Notes: generated from the letters alone by a model not told the origin. 64,000 bases of DNA from Nemertoderma westbladi (GCA_032718475.1 JAUCBJ010006705.1:56516-120515); one strand, 5' to 3'; positions 1 to 13,251 are shown, counted from the first letter of the stretch. Made by a program: numbers and translations.

Positions 1-3000
1 AATAACGTAAGGTAGGAGGAAGCCTTGTTCTGGCACAATAAGGTAAGGTAGGAGGAAGCCTTGTTCTGGCACAATAAGGTAAGGTAGGAGGAAGCCTTGT
101 TCTGGCACAATAAGGTAAGGTAGGAGGAAGCCTTGTTCTGGCACAATAAGGTAAGGTAAGGTAGGAGGAAGCCTTGTTCTGGCACAATAAGGTAAAGTAA
201 GGTAGGAGGAAGCCTTGTTCTGGCACAATAAGGTAAGGTAAGGTAGGAGGGAGCCTTGTTCAGGCACAATAAGGTAAGGTAGGAGGAAGCCTTGTTCTGG
301 CACAATAAGGTAAGGTAGGAGGAAGCCTTGTTCTGGCACAATAAGGTAAGGTAGGAGGAAGCCTTGTTCTGGTACAATAAGGTAAGGTAGGAGGAAGCCT
401 TGTTCTGGCACAATAAGGTAAGGTAGGAGGAAGCCTTGTTCTGGCACAATAAGGTAAGGTAGGAGGAAGCCTTGTTCTGGCACAATAAGGTAAGGTAAGG
501 TAGGAGGGAGCCTTGTTCTGGCACAATAAGGTAAGGTAAGGTAGGAGGGAGCCTTGTTCAGGCACAATAAGGTAAGGTAGGAGGAAGCCTTGTTCTGGCA
601 CAATAAGGTAAGGTAGGAGGAAGCCTTGTTCTGGCACAATAAGGTAAGGTAGGAGGAAGCCTTGTTCTGGTACAATAAGGTAAGGTAGGAGGAAGCCTTG
701 TTCTGGCACAATAAGGTAAGGTAGGAGGAAGCCTTGTTCTGGCACAATAAGGTAAGGTAGGAGGAAGCCTTGTTCTGGCACAATAAGGTAAGGTAGGAGG
801 AAGCCTTGTTCTGGCACAATAAGGTAAGGTAGGAGGAAGCCTTGTTCTGGCACAATAAGGTAAGGTAGGAGGAAGCCTTGTTCTGGCACAATAAGGTAAG
901 GTAGGAGGAAGCCTTGTTCTGGCACAATAAGGTAAGGTAGGAGGAAGCCTTGTTCTGGCACAATAAGGTAAGGTAGGAGGAAGCCTTGTTCTGGCACAAT
1001 AAGGTAAGGTAGGAGGGAGCCTTGTTCTGGCACAATAAGGTAAGTTAAGGTAGGAGGGAGCCTTGTTCTGGCACAATAAGGTAAGGTAGGAGGAAGCCTA
1101 GTTCTGGCACAATAAGGTAAGGTAGGAGGAAGCCTTGTTCTGGCACAATAAGGTAAGGTAGGAGGAAGCCTTGTTCTGGCACAATAAGGTAAGGTAAGGT
1201 AGGAGGGAGCCTTGTTCTGGCACAATAAGGTAAGGTAAGGTAGGAGGGAGCCTTGTTCTGGCACAATAAGGTAAGGTAGGAGGAAGCCTTGTTCTGGCAC
1301 AATAAGGTAAGGTAGGAGGAAGCCTTGTTGTGGCACAATAAGGTAAGGTAGGAGGAAGCCTTGTTCTGGCACAATAAGGTAAGGTAGGAGGAAGCCTTGT
1401 TCTGGCACAATAAGGTAAGGTAGGAGGAAGCCTTGTTTTGGCACAATAAGTTAAGGTAGGAGGAAGCCTTGTTCTGGCACAATAAGGTAAGGTAGGAGGA
1501 AGCCTTGTTCTGGCACAATAAGGTAAGGTAGGAGGAAGCCTTGTTCTGGCACAATAAGGTAAGGTAAGGTAGGAGGAAGCCTTGTTCTGGCACAATAAGG
1601 TAAGGTAAGGTAGGAGGAAGCCTTGTTCTGGCACAATAAGGTAAGGTAGGAGGAAGACTTGTTCTGGCACAATAAGGTAAGGTAGGAGGAAGCCTTGTTC
1701 TGGCACAATAAGGTAAGGTAGGAGGAAGCCTTGTTCTGGCACAACAAGGTAAGGTAGGAGGAAGCCTTGTTCTGGCACAATAAGGTAAGGTAGGAGGAAG
1801 CCTTGTTCTGGCACAATAAGGTAAGGTAGGAGGAAGCCTTGTTCTGGCACAATAAGGTAAGGTAGGAGGAAGCCTTGTTCTGGCACAATAAGTTAAGGTA
1901 GGAGGAAGCCTTGTTCTGGCACAATAAGGTAAGGTAGGAGGAAGCCTTGTTCTGGCACAATAAGGTAAGGTAGGAGGAAGCCTTGTTCTGGCACAATAAG
2001 GTAAGGTAGGAGGAAGCCTTGTTCTGGCACAATAAGGTAAGGTAGGAGGAAGCCTTGTTCTGGCACAATAAGATAAGGTAGGAGGAAGCCTTGTTCTGGC
2101 ACAATAAGGTAAGGTAGGAGGAAGCCTTGTTCTGGCACAATAAGGTAAGGTAGGAGGAAGCCTTGTTCTGGCACAATAAGGTAAGGTAGGAGGAAGCCTT
2201 GTTCTGGCACAATAAGGTAAGGTAGGAGGAAGCCTTGTTCTGGCACAATAAGGTAAGGAAAGAGGAAGCCTTGTTCAGGCACAATAAGGTAAGGTAGGAG
2301 GAAGCCTTGTTCTGGCACAATAAGGTAAGGTAGGAGGAAGCCTTGTTCTGGCACAATAAGGTAAGGTAAGGTAGGAGCGAGCCTTGTTCTGGCACAATAA
2401 GGTAAGGTAAGGTAGGAGGGAGCCTTGTTCTGGCACAATAAGGTAAGGTAGGAGGAAGCCTTGTTCTGGCACAATAAGGTAAGGTAGGAGGAAGCCTTGT
2501 TCTGGCACAATAAGGTAAGGTAGGAGGAAGCCTTGTTCTGGCACATTAAGGTAAGGTAAGGTAGGAGGAAGCCTTGTTCTGGCACAATAAGGTAAGGTGG
2601 GAGGAAGCCTTGTTCTGGCACAATAAGGTAAGGTAGGAGGAAGCCTTGTTCTGGCACAATAAGGTAATGTAAGGTAGGAGGAAGCCTTGTTCTGGCACAA
2701 TAAGGTAAGGTAGGAGGAAGCCTTGTTCTGGCACAATAAGGTAAGGTAGGAGGAAGCCTTGTTCTGGCACAATAAGGTAAGGTAGGAGGAAGCCTTGTTC
2801 TGGCACAATAAGGTAAGGTAAGGTAGGAGGAAGCCTTGTTCAGGCACAATAAGGTAAGGTAGGAGGAAGCCTTGTTCTGGCACAATAAGGTAAGGTAAGG
2901 TAGGAGCGAGCCTTGTTCTGGCACAATAAGGTAAGGTAAGGTAGGAGCGAGCCTTGTTCTGGCACAATAAGGTAAGGTAAGGTAGGAGGGAGCCTTGTTC

Positions 3001-6000
3001 TGGCACAATAAGGTAAGGTAGGAGGAAGCCTTGTTCTGGCACAATAAGGTAAGGTCGGAGGAAGCCTTGTTCTGGCACAATAAGGTAAGGTAAGGTAGGA
3101 GGGAGCCTTGTTCTGGCACAATAAGGTAAGGTAGGAGGAAGCCTTGTTCTGGCACAATAAGGTAAGGTAGGAGGAAGCCTTGTTCTGGCACAATAAGGTA
3201 AGGTAGGAGGAAGCCTTGTTCTGGCACAATAAGGTAAGGTAGGAGGAAGCCTTGTTCTGGCACAATAAGGTAAGGTAAGGTAGGAGGGAGCCTTGTTCTG
3301 GCACAATAAGGTAAGGTAAGGTAGGAGGAAGCCTTGTTCTGGCACAATAAGGTAAGGAAGGAGGAATCCTTGTTCTGGCACAATAAGGTAAGGTAGGAGG
3401 AAGCCTTGTTCTGGCACAATAAGGTAAGGTAAGAGGAAGCCTTGTTCTGGCACAATAAGGTAAGGTAAGGTAGGAGGGAGCCTTGTTCTGGCACAATAAG
3501 GTAAGGTAAGGTAGGAGGGAGCCTTGTTCTGGCACAATAAGGTAAGGTAAGGTAGGAGGAAGCCTTGTTCTGGCACAATAAGGTAAGGAAGGAGGAAGCC
3601 TTGTTCTGGCACAATAAGGTAAGGTAGGAGGAAGCCTTGTTCTGGCAATATAAGGTAAGGTAGGAGGAAGCCTTGTTCTCGCACAATAAGGTAAGGTAAG
3701 GTAGGAGGAAGCCTTGTTCTGGCACTATAAGGTAAGGTAGGAGGAAGCCTTGTTCTGGCACTATAAGGTAAGGTAGGAGGAAGCCTTTTTCTGGCACAAT
3801 AAGGTAAGGTAAGGTAGGAGGAAGCCTTGTTCTGGCACAATAAGGTAAGGTAGGAGGAAGCCTTGTTCTGGTACAATAAGGTAAGGTAGGAGGGAGCCTT
3901 GTTCTGGTACAATAAGGTAAGGTAGGAGGAAGCCTTGTTCTGGCACAATAAGGTAAGGTAGGAGGAAGCCTTGTTCTGGTACAATAAGGTAAGGTAGGAG
4001 GAAGCCTTGTTCTGGTACAATAAGGTAAGGTAGGAGGAAGCCTTGTTCTGGCACAATAAGGTAAGGTAGGAGGAAGCCTTGTTCTGGTACAATAAGGTAA
4101 GGTAGGAGGAAGCCTTGTTCTGGCAATATAAGGTAAGGTAGGAGGAAGCCTTGTTCTCGCACAATAAGGTAAGGTAAGGTAGGAGGAAGCCTTGTTCTGG
4201 CACTATAAGGTAAGGTAGGAGGAAGCCTTGTTCTGGCACAATAAGGTAAGGTAGGAGGAAGCCTTGTTCTGGCACAATAAGGTAAGGTAGGAGGAAGCCT
4301 TGTTCTGGCACAATAAGGTAAGGTAGGAGGAAGCCTTATTCTGGCACAATAAGGTAAGGTAGGAGGAAGCCTTGTTCTCGCACAATAAGGTAAGGTAAGG
4401 TAGGAGGAAGCCTTGTTCTGGCACTATAAGGTAAGGTAGGAGGAAGCCTTGTTCTGGCACAATAAGGTAAGGTAGGAGGAAGCCTTGTTCTGGCACAATA
4501 AGGTAAGGTAGGAGGAAGCCTTGTTCTGGCACAATAAGGTAAGGTAGGAGGAAGCCTTGTTCTGGTACAATAAGGTAAGGTAGGAGGAAGCCTTGTTCTG
4601 GCAATATAAGGTAAGGTAGGAGGAAGCCTTGTTCTCGCACAATAAGGTAAGGTAAGGTAGGAGGAAGCCTTGTTCTGGCACTATAAGGTAAGGTAGGAGG
4701 AAGCCTTGTTCTGGCACAATAAGGTAAGGTAGGAGGAAGCCTTGTTCTGGCACAATAAGGTAAGGTAGGAGGAAGCCTTGTTCTGGCACAATAAGGTAAG
4801 GTAGGAGGAAGCCTTATTCTGGCACAATAAGGTAAGGTAGGAGGAAGCCTTGTTCTGGCACTATAAGGTAAGGTAGGAGGAAGCCTTGTTCTGGCACAAT
4901 AAGGTAAGTTAGGAGGAAGCCTTGTTCTGGCACAATAAGGTAAGGTAGGAGGAAGCCTTGTTCTGGCACAATAAGGTAAGGTAGGAGGAAGCCTTGTTCT
5001 GGCACAATAAGGTAAGTTAGGAGGAAGCCTTGTTCTGGCACAATAAGGTAAGGTAGGAGGAAGCCTTGTTCTGGCACTATAAGGTAAGGTAGGAGGAAGC
5101 CTTGTTCTGGCACAATAAGGTAAGTTAGGAGGAAGCCTTGTTCTGGCACAATAAGGTAAGGTAGGAGGAAGCCTTGTTCTGGCACAATAAGGTAAGGTAG
5201 GAGGAAGCCTTGTTCTGGCACTATAAGGTAAGGTAGGAGGAAGCCTTGTTCTGGCACAATAAGGTAAGGTAGGAGGAAGCCTTATTCTGGCACAATAAGG
5301 TAAGGTAGGAGGAAGACTTGTTCTGGCACAATAAGGTAAGGTAGGAGGAAGCCTTGTTCTGGCACAATAAGGTAAGGTAGGAGGAAGCCTTGTTCTGGCA
5401 CAATAAGGTAAGGTAGGAGGAAGCCTTGTTCTGGCACAATAAGGTAAGTTAGGAGGAAGCCGTGTTCTGGTACAATAAGGTAAGGTAGGAGGAAGCCTTG
5501 TTCTGGCACAATAAGGTAAGTTAGGAGGAAGCCTTGTTCTGGTACAATAAGGTAAGGTAGGAGGAAGCCTTGTTCTGGCACAATAAGGTAAGGTAGGAGG
5601 AAGCCTTGTTCTGGCACAATAAGGTAAGGTAGGAGGAAGCCTTGTTCTGGCACAATAAGGTAAGGTAGGAGAAAGCCTTGTTCTGGCACAATAAGGTAAG
5701 GTAGGAGGAAGCCTTGTTCTGGCACAATAAGGTAAGGTAGGAGGAAGCCTTGTTCTGGCACAATAAGGTAAGGTAGGAGGAAGCCTTGTTCTGGCACAAT
5801 AAGGTAAGGTAGGAGGAAGCCTTGTTCTGGCACAATAAGGTAAGGTAGGAGGAAGCCTTGTTCTGGCACAATAAGGTAAGGTAGGAGGAAGCCTTGTTCT
5901 GGCACAATAAGGTAAGGTAGGAGGAAGCCTTGTTCTGGCACAATAAGGTAAGGTAGGAGGAAGCCTTGTTCTGGCACAATAAGGTAAGTTAGGAGGAAGC

Positions 6001-7478
6001 CTTGTTCTGGTACAATAAGGTAAGGTAGGAGGAAGCCTTGTTCTGGCACAATAAGGTAAGTTAGGAGGAAGCCTTGTTCTGGTACAATAAGGCAAGGTAG
6101 GAGGAAGCCTTGTTCTGGCACAATAAGGTAAGGTAGGAGGAAGACTTGTTCTGGCACAATAAGGTAAGGTAGGAGGAAGCCTTGTTCTGGCACTATAAGG
6201 TAAGGTAGGAGGAAGCCTTGTTCTGGCACAATAAGGTAAGGTAAGGTAGGAGGAAGCCTTGTTCTGGCACAATAAGGTAAGGTAGGAGGAAGCCTTATTC
6301 TGGCACAATAAGGTAAGGTAGGAGGAAGCCTTGTTCTGGCACTATAAGGTAAGGTAGGAGGAAGCCTTGTTCTGGCACAATAAGGTAAGGTAAGGTAGGA
6401 GGAAGCCTTGTTCTGGCACAATAAGGTAAGGTAGGAGGAAGCCTTATTCTGGCACAATAAGGTAAGGTAGGAGGAAGCCTTGTTCTGGCACAATAAGGTA
6501 AGGTAGGAGGAAGCCTTGTTCTGGCACAATAAGGTAAGGTAGGAGGAAGCCTTGTTCTGGCACTATAAGGTAAGGTAGGAGGAAGCCTTGTTCTGGCACA
6601 ATAAGGTAAGGTAAGGTAGGAGGAAGCCTTGTTCTGGCACAATAAGGTAAGGTAGGAGGAAGTCTTGTTCTGGCACTATAAGGTAAGGTAGGAGGAAGCC
6701 TTGTTCTGGCACAATAAGGTAAGGTAAGGTAGGAGGAAGCCTTATTCTGGCACAATAAGGTAAGGTAAGAGGAAGCCTTGTTCTGGCACAATAAGGTAAA
6801 GTAAGGGAGGAGGAAGCCTTGTTCTGGCACAATAAGGTAAGGTAGGAGGAAGCCTTATTCTGGCACAATAAGGTAAAGTAAGGGAGGAGGAAGCCTTGTT
6901 CTGGTACAATAAGGTAAGGTAGGAGGAAGCCTTGTTCTGGCACAATAAGGTAAGGTAAGGTAGGAGGAAGCCTTGTTCTGGCACAATAAGGTAAGGTGGG
7001 AGGAAGCCTTGTTCTGGCACTATAAGGTAAGGTAAGGTAGGAGGAAGCCTTGTTCTGGCACAACATGGTAAGGTAGGAGGAAGCCTTGTTCTGGCACAAT
7101 AAGGTAAGGTAGGAGGAAGCCTTGTTCTGGCACAATAAGGTAAGGTAAGGTAGGAGGAAGCCTTGTTCTGGCACAATAAAGTAAGGTAAGGTAGGAGGAA
7201 GCCTTGTTCTGGCACAATAAGGTAAGGTAGGAGGAAGCCTTGTTCTGGCCCAATAAGGTAAGGTAGGAGGAAGCCTTGTTCTGGCACAATAAGGTAAGGT
7301 TGGAGGAAGCCTTGTTCTGGCACAATAAGGTAAGGTAGGAGGAAGCCTTGTTCTGGCACAATAAGGTAAGGTCGGAGGAAGCCTTGTTCTGGCACAATAA
7401 GGTAAGGTAAGGTAGGAGGAAGCCTTGTTCTGGCACAATAAGGTAAGGTAAGGTAGGAGGAAGCCTTGTTCTGGCACA
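1..7478. repeat. 36-bp tandem satellite, array A1 (consensus ACAATAAGGTAAGGTAGGAGGAAGCCTTGTTCTGGC; 41-bp variants with an extra TAAGG); continues beyond the left edge
   Basis: Directly visible tandem monomers, roughly 200 units with scattered point variants. Confidence 0.99.
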
Positions 7479-10400
7479 GGTGGGATAAATATTTCTCCAT
7501 TTGACGCAACACCGCCGCGGCCGCTATGAGGGAGGTAAATACCGCGGCCGCTCCTAAAGCCGCAGGCCATCGCTAACTATATAGGTTAACTTGGGATTCT
7601 GGGGGACTTTTCGATGAAGGAACTGACCAAATTTTTTTATTTTCTCACCAGGGGAGCGGCTCGGAATTCTAAGATATTAGCAACTCTAACATTATTAAAT
7701 CTAACCCTTCGACGGACACGGCGGACAAAAAACCGTCATTTTTTCGACAATTTTAAAATTTTTTTGAAAGGCGCTCTACAGTGGCTCGAAAAAACCCTAG
7801 GTTATTGCTTAGCCGACGCCGGGATACGATAGAAGGGATTAATTAGTGAATTCGTTTTTTTTTTCAAAAAAGATTACCACGCCTTTTTTCCGAAAATGTC
7901 CGTCAAAGTTGAAAAAACGGACAAAATGACTTTGCGGGATCCGCTATAACTCGGCTAATATTAATCGTACGGGGACGAAAGAAACGCGGTTGGAAAGGGG
8001 AAGAGTGGTACTACCTTCGTATCGAATGGGGGTAAGATATTTATTAAAATTTCGGGTGGAAAAAGGGGCTGTAAATTTGTACGTTTTTGTCCGTCTTTTT
8101 TGGAAAACTTATTTCCGAAATGTTTAATTCGACAACGCGGGTAGGAATCCACTAATTCTTTTATGAAACTCGTAGAAGACCATTGGGGCTACGTTCCTAT
8201 CGAATGGGGGTACAAAAAATATGTCGGCAATAGGGGCCAAAAAGGGCCAGAATTTGCAAAGTAGTTTTTATCGAATAATTTTTTATTTTTAACTTTTAGT
8301 TGGTTAAGGTACATTCTATACAGTCAATATCCATACGGGGAATTCAAATATGCTATCGGTTTTGCTCCAAGGATGATATTAAAAAAATGAGGGCCAAAAT
8401 TATAATTTCGCGCTTCAAACTTGCTTCGCGGGAAATCGTCTAGCTCGAAAACTACTTAATTTACGGGAGATTTGTTTACACAGACTTATAGTGCGTTAAA
8501 TTATCTATCTAACAGCATTAATCACAGCGCTGGGGAGGTATTATAAAACTGGAGCGGCAGGCGATCGTGTGAAATATAATATTTATAAAAAGGGACGAAA
8601 AATTTTTTTTTTAACAAATCGCTATTCCATTATAATTTAGCGTATTGCGCCAAAAGTACCTGTAAAAAGTATCAAATTAACTCCGCTATCTTTTATCTTA
8701 ACATATATAATTAAAATTACGAATTTTAAGGGTCGAAAAATATCGCGTTATTTTGGCCCTTTTTTTAAATTTTTTTGGGGCCCAAAATAACCCCTTCTCA
8801 AAAGATTAAGAAAAAAATTACGGCAAAGAATATACCAATTTTATTGAATTTGGACCACCAGAACCGAAGTTAGAGCGATTTTAGTGAAAAAATAAAAATA
8901 ATTTTTTTTGCAAAAAAAATTAAGAATGGTCAGGTCAATATTGGATTTCGAACCCGCGAACTTAGGTTTCATTAACGTGATTGATAACCACTAGAGTATG
9001 TGACCAAGAGAATTTGAAATTTTCGGGTGACTATTTTTAAACATCAATAACTTCGGTTCTACTGGGCCGTTTAATCTGAAACTTTTTTCATTGGATAGAG
9101 GATAGATTGTAATTTGTGAAATAGAATACAACTTGGGAAAAGACGCATGTGCACTTAGTGCAAAATGCACTTAAATAGTGAACATTTTTTCGATATTTCA
9201 AACACTATTATTTCCAGTTCTATTCATCGTAGAATGTTATTTTTTGGATTAAAATGTAGTTTGGAATGATTTCTAACTATAATCGTAACATTTGTTTAAC
9301 TTTTTATGTCTATAAAGTGACTTAAAATATCCATGAATATGGTCCAAAATCGCAAATCCAGATTTATTAAATTGGATTTTTGACACTTTTAGCGAATGAC
9401 ACTTGATCATACACCATCGTAGATCGGTAGAGGATAAACATAAGTTTGTTAAATAAGAGCCACCATTACGATCTGCTAAAGTGCATTTATACAAATAAGT
9501 GTGCAAAAGTGAAAATTTTTTAATAAGGTCAAATTATATAGTATTGGGTTATTTTCTTTGCAGATACTTTATTTTCATATTAATATGTTGTTTGAACCTT
9601 ACTGAGCGCATTAGGGGATATGCGTACAAATAACCGGCCCTTATCAGGCTTCGATTGGGTAAATTAATAAAACATAAGGTTGTATAGTATAATATTCTAA
9701 AAACCAGTGTGATATTAAATGCACTTTAAATAATAAATAGAAATCAAATAACAATTGGAACACACAATTAAAAACTCGCACAATTTTGTACTTATTATAT
9801 CGCTTCAAATTAATTCAACAGTGGATATTTGGGGGAAGGGGGAAGTTACAGTGTGCATTCGGGGGAAGTTTGGTGAACTGCATTTATGCAGTGAATCCAA
9901 ACTTCCCCCTTTGATATATCATATACTTAAGACATGCTAGGGTGACGGGGAAATATTTGTTACTGTCACACTTTGCTTCCATTTATCCTATCCTTTATTA
10001 TTACCCCAGTCAGATAAGAGATAATAAATCAGTAAAAACTAAACTGAACTGTCTTTCATGCAAACAAATTTCTAACTAAAGACGGGTGAATGACCATGAC
10101 CATGGAAATAATTTTAAATATAATTGTATATCAACTATTTGGGGAGGCTTCCAAGTTAAACCCGAAAACAATTATTTTGTTACATATGTATATAGTAAAT
10201 AACGTTGTATGTTCTTCTTCCTCTCATAATAAAATATAAATGAAATATCTCAGATAGCTATGCCCTGTAACATTTCACAACCAAAATATTTAAGTGTGAA
10301 AAGTGTAGGCCTACCACACTCCGCCCAAACAACCGCAAACGCATAGCCAACAAATTTAACAAAAGATTACATACATGTTGGGTTCATGACGAGATGAGTG

Positions 10401-10514
10401 AAAATTGATCGCGTAATATAAAGTAAAAAATTAAGAGACGGGCTGGCTCTCCTCCACTTTCTTACCCAATGGATATGTTGTTGTAATAATCTAATATTGG
10501 GGAGGCTTTCTCTC
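7479..10514. mobile_element. 3.0-kb non-coding insertion with 11-bp TSD (GTTCTGGCACA); probable non-autonomous DNA transposon (non-TIR Mutator/MULE-like by TSD length)
   Basis: GTTCTGGCACA at 7468-7478 and 10515-10525. The uninterrupted site is at 39051-39061 in the paralogous array. Ends are GGTGGG...TCTCTC, with no TIR, no poly(A) and no credible ORF. Superfamily is inferred only. Confidence 0.8.
8933..9005 (-). pseudogene. Degenerate tRNA-like sequence (possibly Asn-GTT derived) inside the 3-kb insertion
   Basis: 73 nt on the minus strand with GGTCA/TGACC acceptor-like ends, A-box-like TAGTGG, B-box GGTTCGAAATCC and a CGTTAA loop; D and anticodon arms are imperfect. Confidence 0.4.
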
Positions 10515-11321
10515 GTTCTGGCACAATAAGGTAAGGTAGGAGGAAGCCTTGTTCTGGCCCAATAAGGTAAGGTAGGAGGAAGCCTTATTCTGGCACAATA
10601 AGGTAAAGTAAGGGAGGAGGAAGCCTTGTTCTGGTACAATAAGGTAAGGTAGGAGGAAGCCTTGTTCTGGCACAATAAGGTAAGGTAAGGTAGGAGGAAG
10701 CCTTGTTCTGGCACAATAAGGTAAGGTGGGAGGAAGCCTTGTTCTGGCACAATAAGGTAAGGTAAGGTAGGAGGAAGCCTTGTTCTGGCACAATATGGTA
10801 AGGTAGGAGGAAGCCTTGTTCTGGCACAATAAGGTAAGGTAGGAGGAAGCCTTGTTCTGGCACAATAAGGTAAGGTAAGGTAGGAGGAAGCCTTGTTCTG
10901 GCACAATAAGGTAAGGTAAGGTAGGAGGAAGCCTTGTTCTGGCACAATAAGGTAAGGTAGGAGGAAGCCTTGTTCTGGCCCAATAAGGTAAGGTAGGAGG
11001 AAGCCTTGTTCTGGCACAATAAGGTAAGGTAGGAGGAAGCCTTGTTCTGGCCCAATAAGGTAAGGTAGGAGGAAGCCTTGTTCTGGCACAATAAGGTAAG
11101 GTAGGAGGGAGCCTTGTTCTGGTACAATAAGGTAGGGTAGGAGGAAGCCTTGTTCTGGCACAATAAGGTAAGGTAGGAGGAAGCCTTGTTCTGGCACAAT
11201 AAGGTAGGGTAGGAGGAAGCCTTGTTCTGGCACAATAAGGTAAGGTAGGAGGAAGCCTTGTTCTGGCACAATAAGGTAAGGTAGGAGGAAGCCTTGTTCT
11301 GGCACAATAAGGTAAGGTAAG
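10515..11321. repeat. 36-bp satellite, continuation of array A after the insertion
   Basis: Same monomer; the order of variant monomers matches 39051-39857. Confidence 0.99.
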
Positions 11322-11357
11322 ATAATCAGGTAAAAGAATGAAGGTTTCTCTTGTTAG

Positions 11358-11898
11358 TTTGACCCTAGATCTCTTTGACCCTAGATCTCTTTGACCCTAG
11401 ATCTCTTTGACCCTAGATCTCTTTGACCCTAGATCTCTTTGACCCTAGATCTCTTTGACCCTAGATCTCTTTGACCCTAGATCTCTTTGACCCTAGATCT
11501 CTTTGACCCTAGATCTCTTTGACCCTAGATCTCTTTGACCCTAGATCTCTTTGACCCTAGATATCTTTGACCCTAGATCTCTTTGACCCTAGATCTCTTT
11601 GACCCTAGATCTCTTTGACCCTAGATCTCTTTGACCCTAGATCTCTTTGACCCTAGATATCTTTGACCCTAGATATCTTTGACCCTAGATCTCTTTGACC
11701 CTAGATCTCTTTGACCCTAGATCTCTTTGACCCTAAATCTCTTTGACCCTAGATCTCTTTGACCCTAGATCTCTTTGACCCTAGATCTCTTTGACCCTAG
11801 ATCTCTTTGACCCTAGATCTCTTTGACCCTAGATCTCTTTGACCCTAGATCTCTTTGACCCTAGATCTCTTTGACCCTAGATCTCTTTGACCCTAGAT
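11358..11898. repeat. 16-bp tandem satellite B1 (GACCCTAGATCTCTTT, ~34 units)
   Basis: Directly visible tandem repeat. Confidence 0.99.
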
Positions 11899-12590
11899 AA
11901 GGCCTTAGACCCTATTTTTTCATAAATGAGTGCTCGATACACTGTGGTATTTATCATGTAACAGGATTCGTTTTCGTCGGAGAACTCGTCTGTACAGAAT
12001 CCTTCCATCTCAGATTGATCAGTGTCGTTCACATCACTGAATTGGACATGTAGTTCGGAATCACTTACCTGACTCGGACTATTTCGCTCGAATTCAGTGT
12101 GCAACAAGATATGATGTTTCGCACCGCACTTGGCACATCTTGTGTCAGAGTAACAGGTTCGCCGTTGGTGTCCTTGTCTGAGGCAATTATAGCACAACCG
12201 CTTGTCCCACATGACTTCACGTCTCTCAGTTAATGATTTCTTTAGAAATTCATCACACATATTTAAGCGATGGGTCCCATCACATAGCGCACATTTCGGT
12301 TTGATGTTACTTACCTTACTCTGTGTAACATTATGTACACTTGCTTTTTCTTCGGGCTTTCTCGCCTGAATTCTCTTGGGAGACGTAGGAGGAGTTTTTC
12401 TTACCTGTTCTCTCCTGTCATTTGTTCGAGACTTGAATTTACTTACCTGATCTTTAGGCATTTTATTTACGTAATAAGATCTATCAGTGTCTTTTCCGCT
12501 ATCTTCTCCTTGAGAAGTCTGGCTTTCGCCAAAATTCTGACAGTTAACTTTGAAAGTCCTCAGCAAGTCTCTGATCGGATGAGCATAAGC
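11877..12590 (-). pseudogene. gag: C-terminal part of BEL/Pao Gag (three zinc knuckles); frame ends within the 16-bp satellite
   Basis: CALCDGTHRLNMC, CYNCLRQGHQRRTC and CAKCGAKHHILLH match the BEL/Pao triple Cys-His pattern. Confidence 0.88.
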
Positions 12591-13251
12591 TCAAAGGATG
12601 GTATGCTTGAGCATGTGGACGACTTCTGTTACCTGGGATCATGGATCCGGAAGTCAGGTGAGGACCTTCGAATACGTAAGGGAAAGGCATGGGCAGCCTT
12701 GAATAGGCTTTCCAGGATTTGGAAGTCACCTAGAATTAATCGGAAACTTAAGGTCAGATTATTTAGAGCAGCAGTAGTTCCAGTACTCCTCTACGGGAGT
12801 CCATGCTGGGCTCTAACTGCTGAGGACACCAAATCTCTGGATGGCACATTCACAAGAATGCTACGCCGGGTACATTGTGTCAAGTACAATGCACACATCT
12901 CCAACCAGACACTATATAACATTGGAGGTGTCTCATTGGTTCCCCCAAGCTTGACACTAGAACAAAATCGCCTCCGCTTTGCAGGACATTGCTTTCGCCG
13001 TGAGGACCAGCCAGTGCATAATCTTGTACTTTGGCAGCCTCATGGAGTGAATAAGCATGGTGGACAGCCCATGACTTTCTTGAGACGCATCTTAAAGGAC
13101 ACTGGCCTTAAAGATGCGGATGATCTAGCAAATGTCATGGGTGATAGGGAGTTGTGGCGGTGCAATTTTGTTGACAAGCCGGCACAGCATTCTTAAAAAT
13201 GCTGCTGCAATGCAGCATACCGATCCTAGTAGTACTAGTAGTACTAGTAGT
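12591..13251 (+). mobile_element. 5'-truncated RTE-clade LINE inserted antisense into the BEL gag
   Basis: LEHVDDFCYLGSWI, KVRLFRAAVVPVLLYGS, LDGTFTRMLR and RLRFAGHC are RT thumb/C-terminal motifs; stop at 13196; short 3' UTR and TAGTAGTAC tail; 5' boundary approximate. Confidence 0.9.

Noticed and set aside
7614-9940. Short ORFs in the 3-kb insertion as transposase exons
   Set aside because: They are 61-77 aa, AT-rich, and lack DDE or zinc-finger motifs
12333-12590. N-terminal part of the 287-aa + strand ORF
   Set aside because: It is antisense read-through of BEL gag; only the part from ~12591 is RTE
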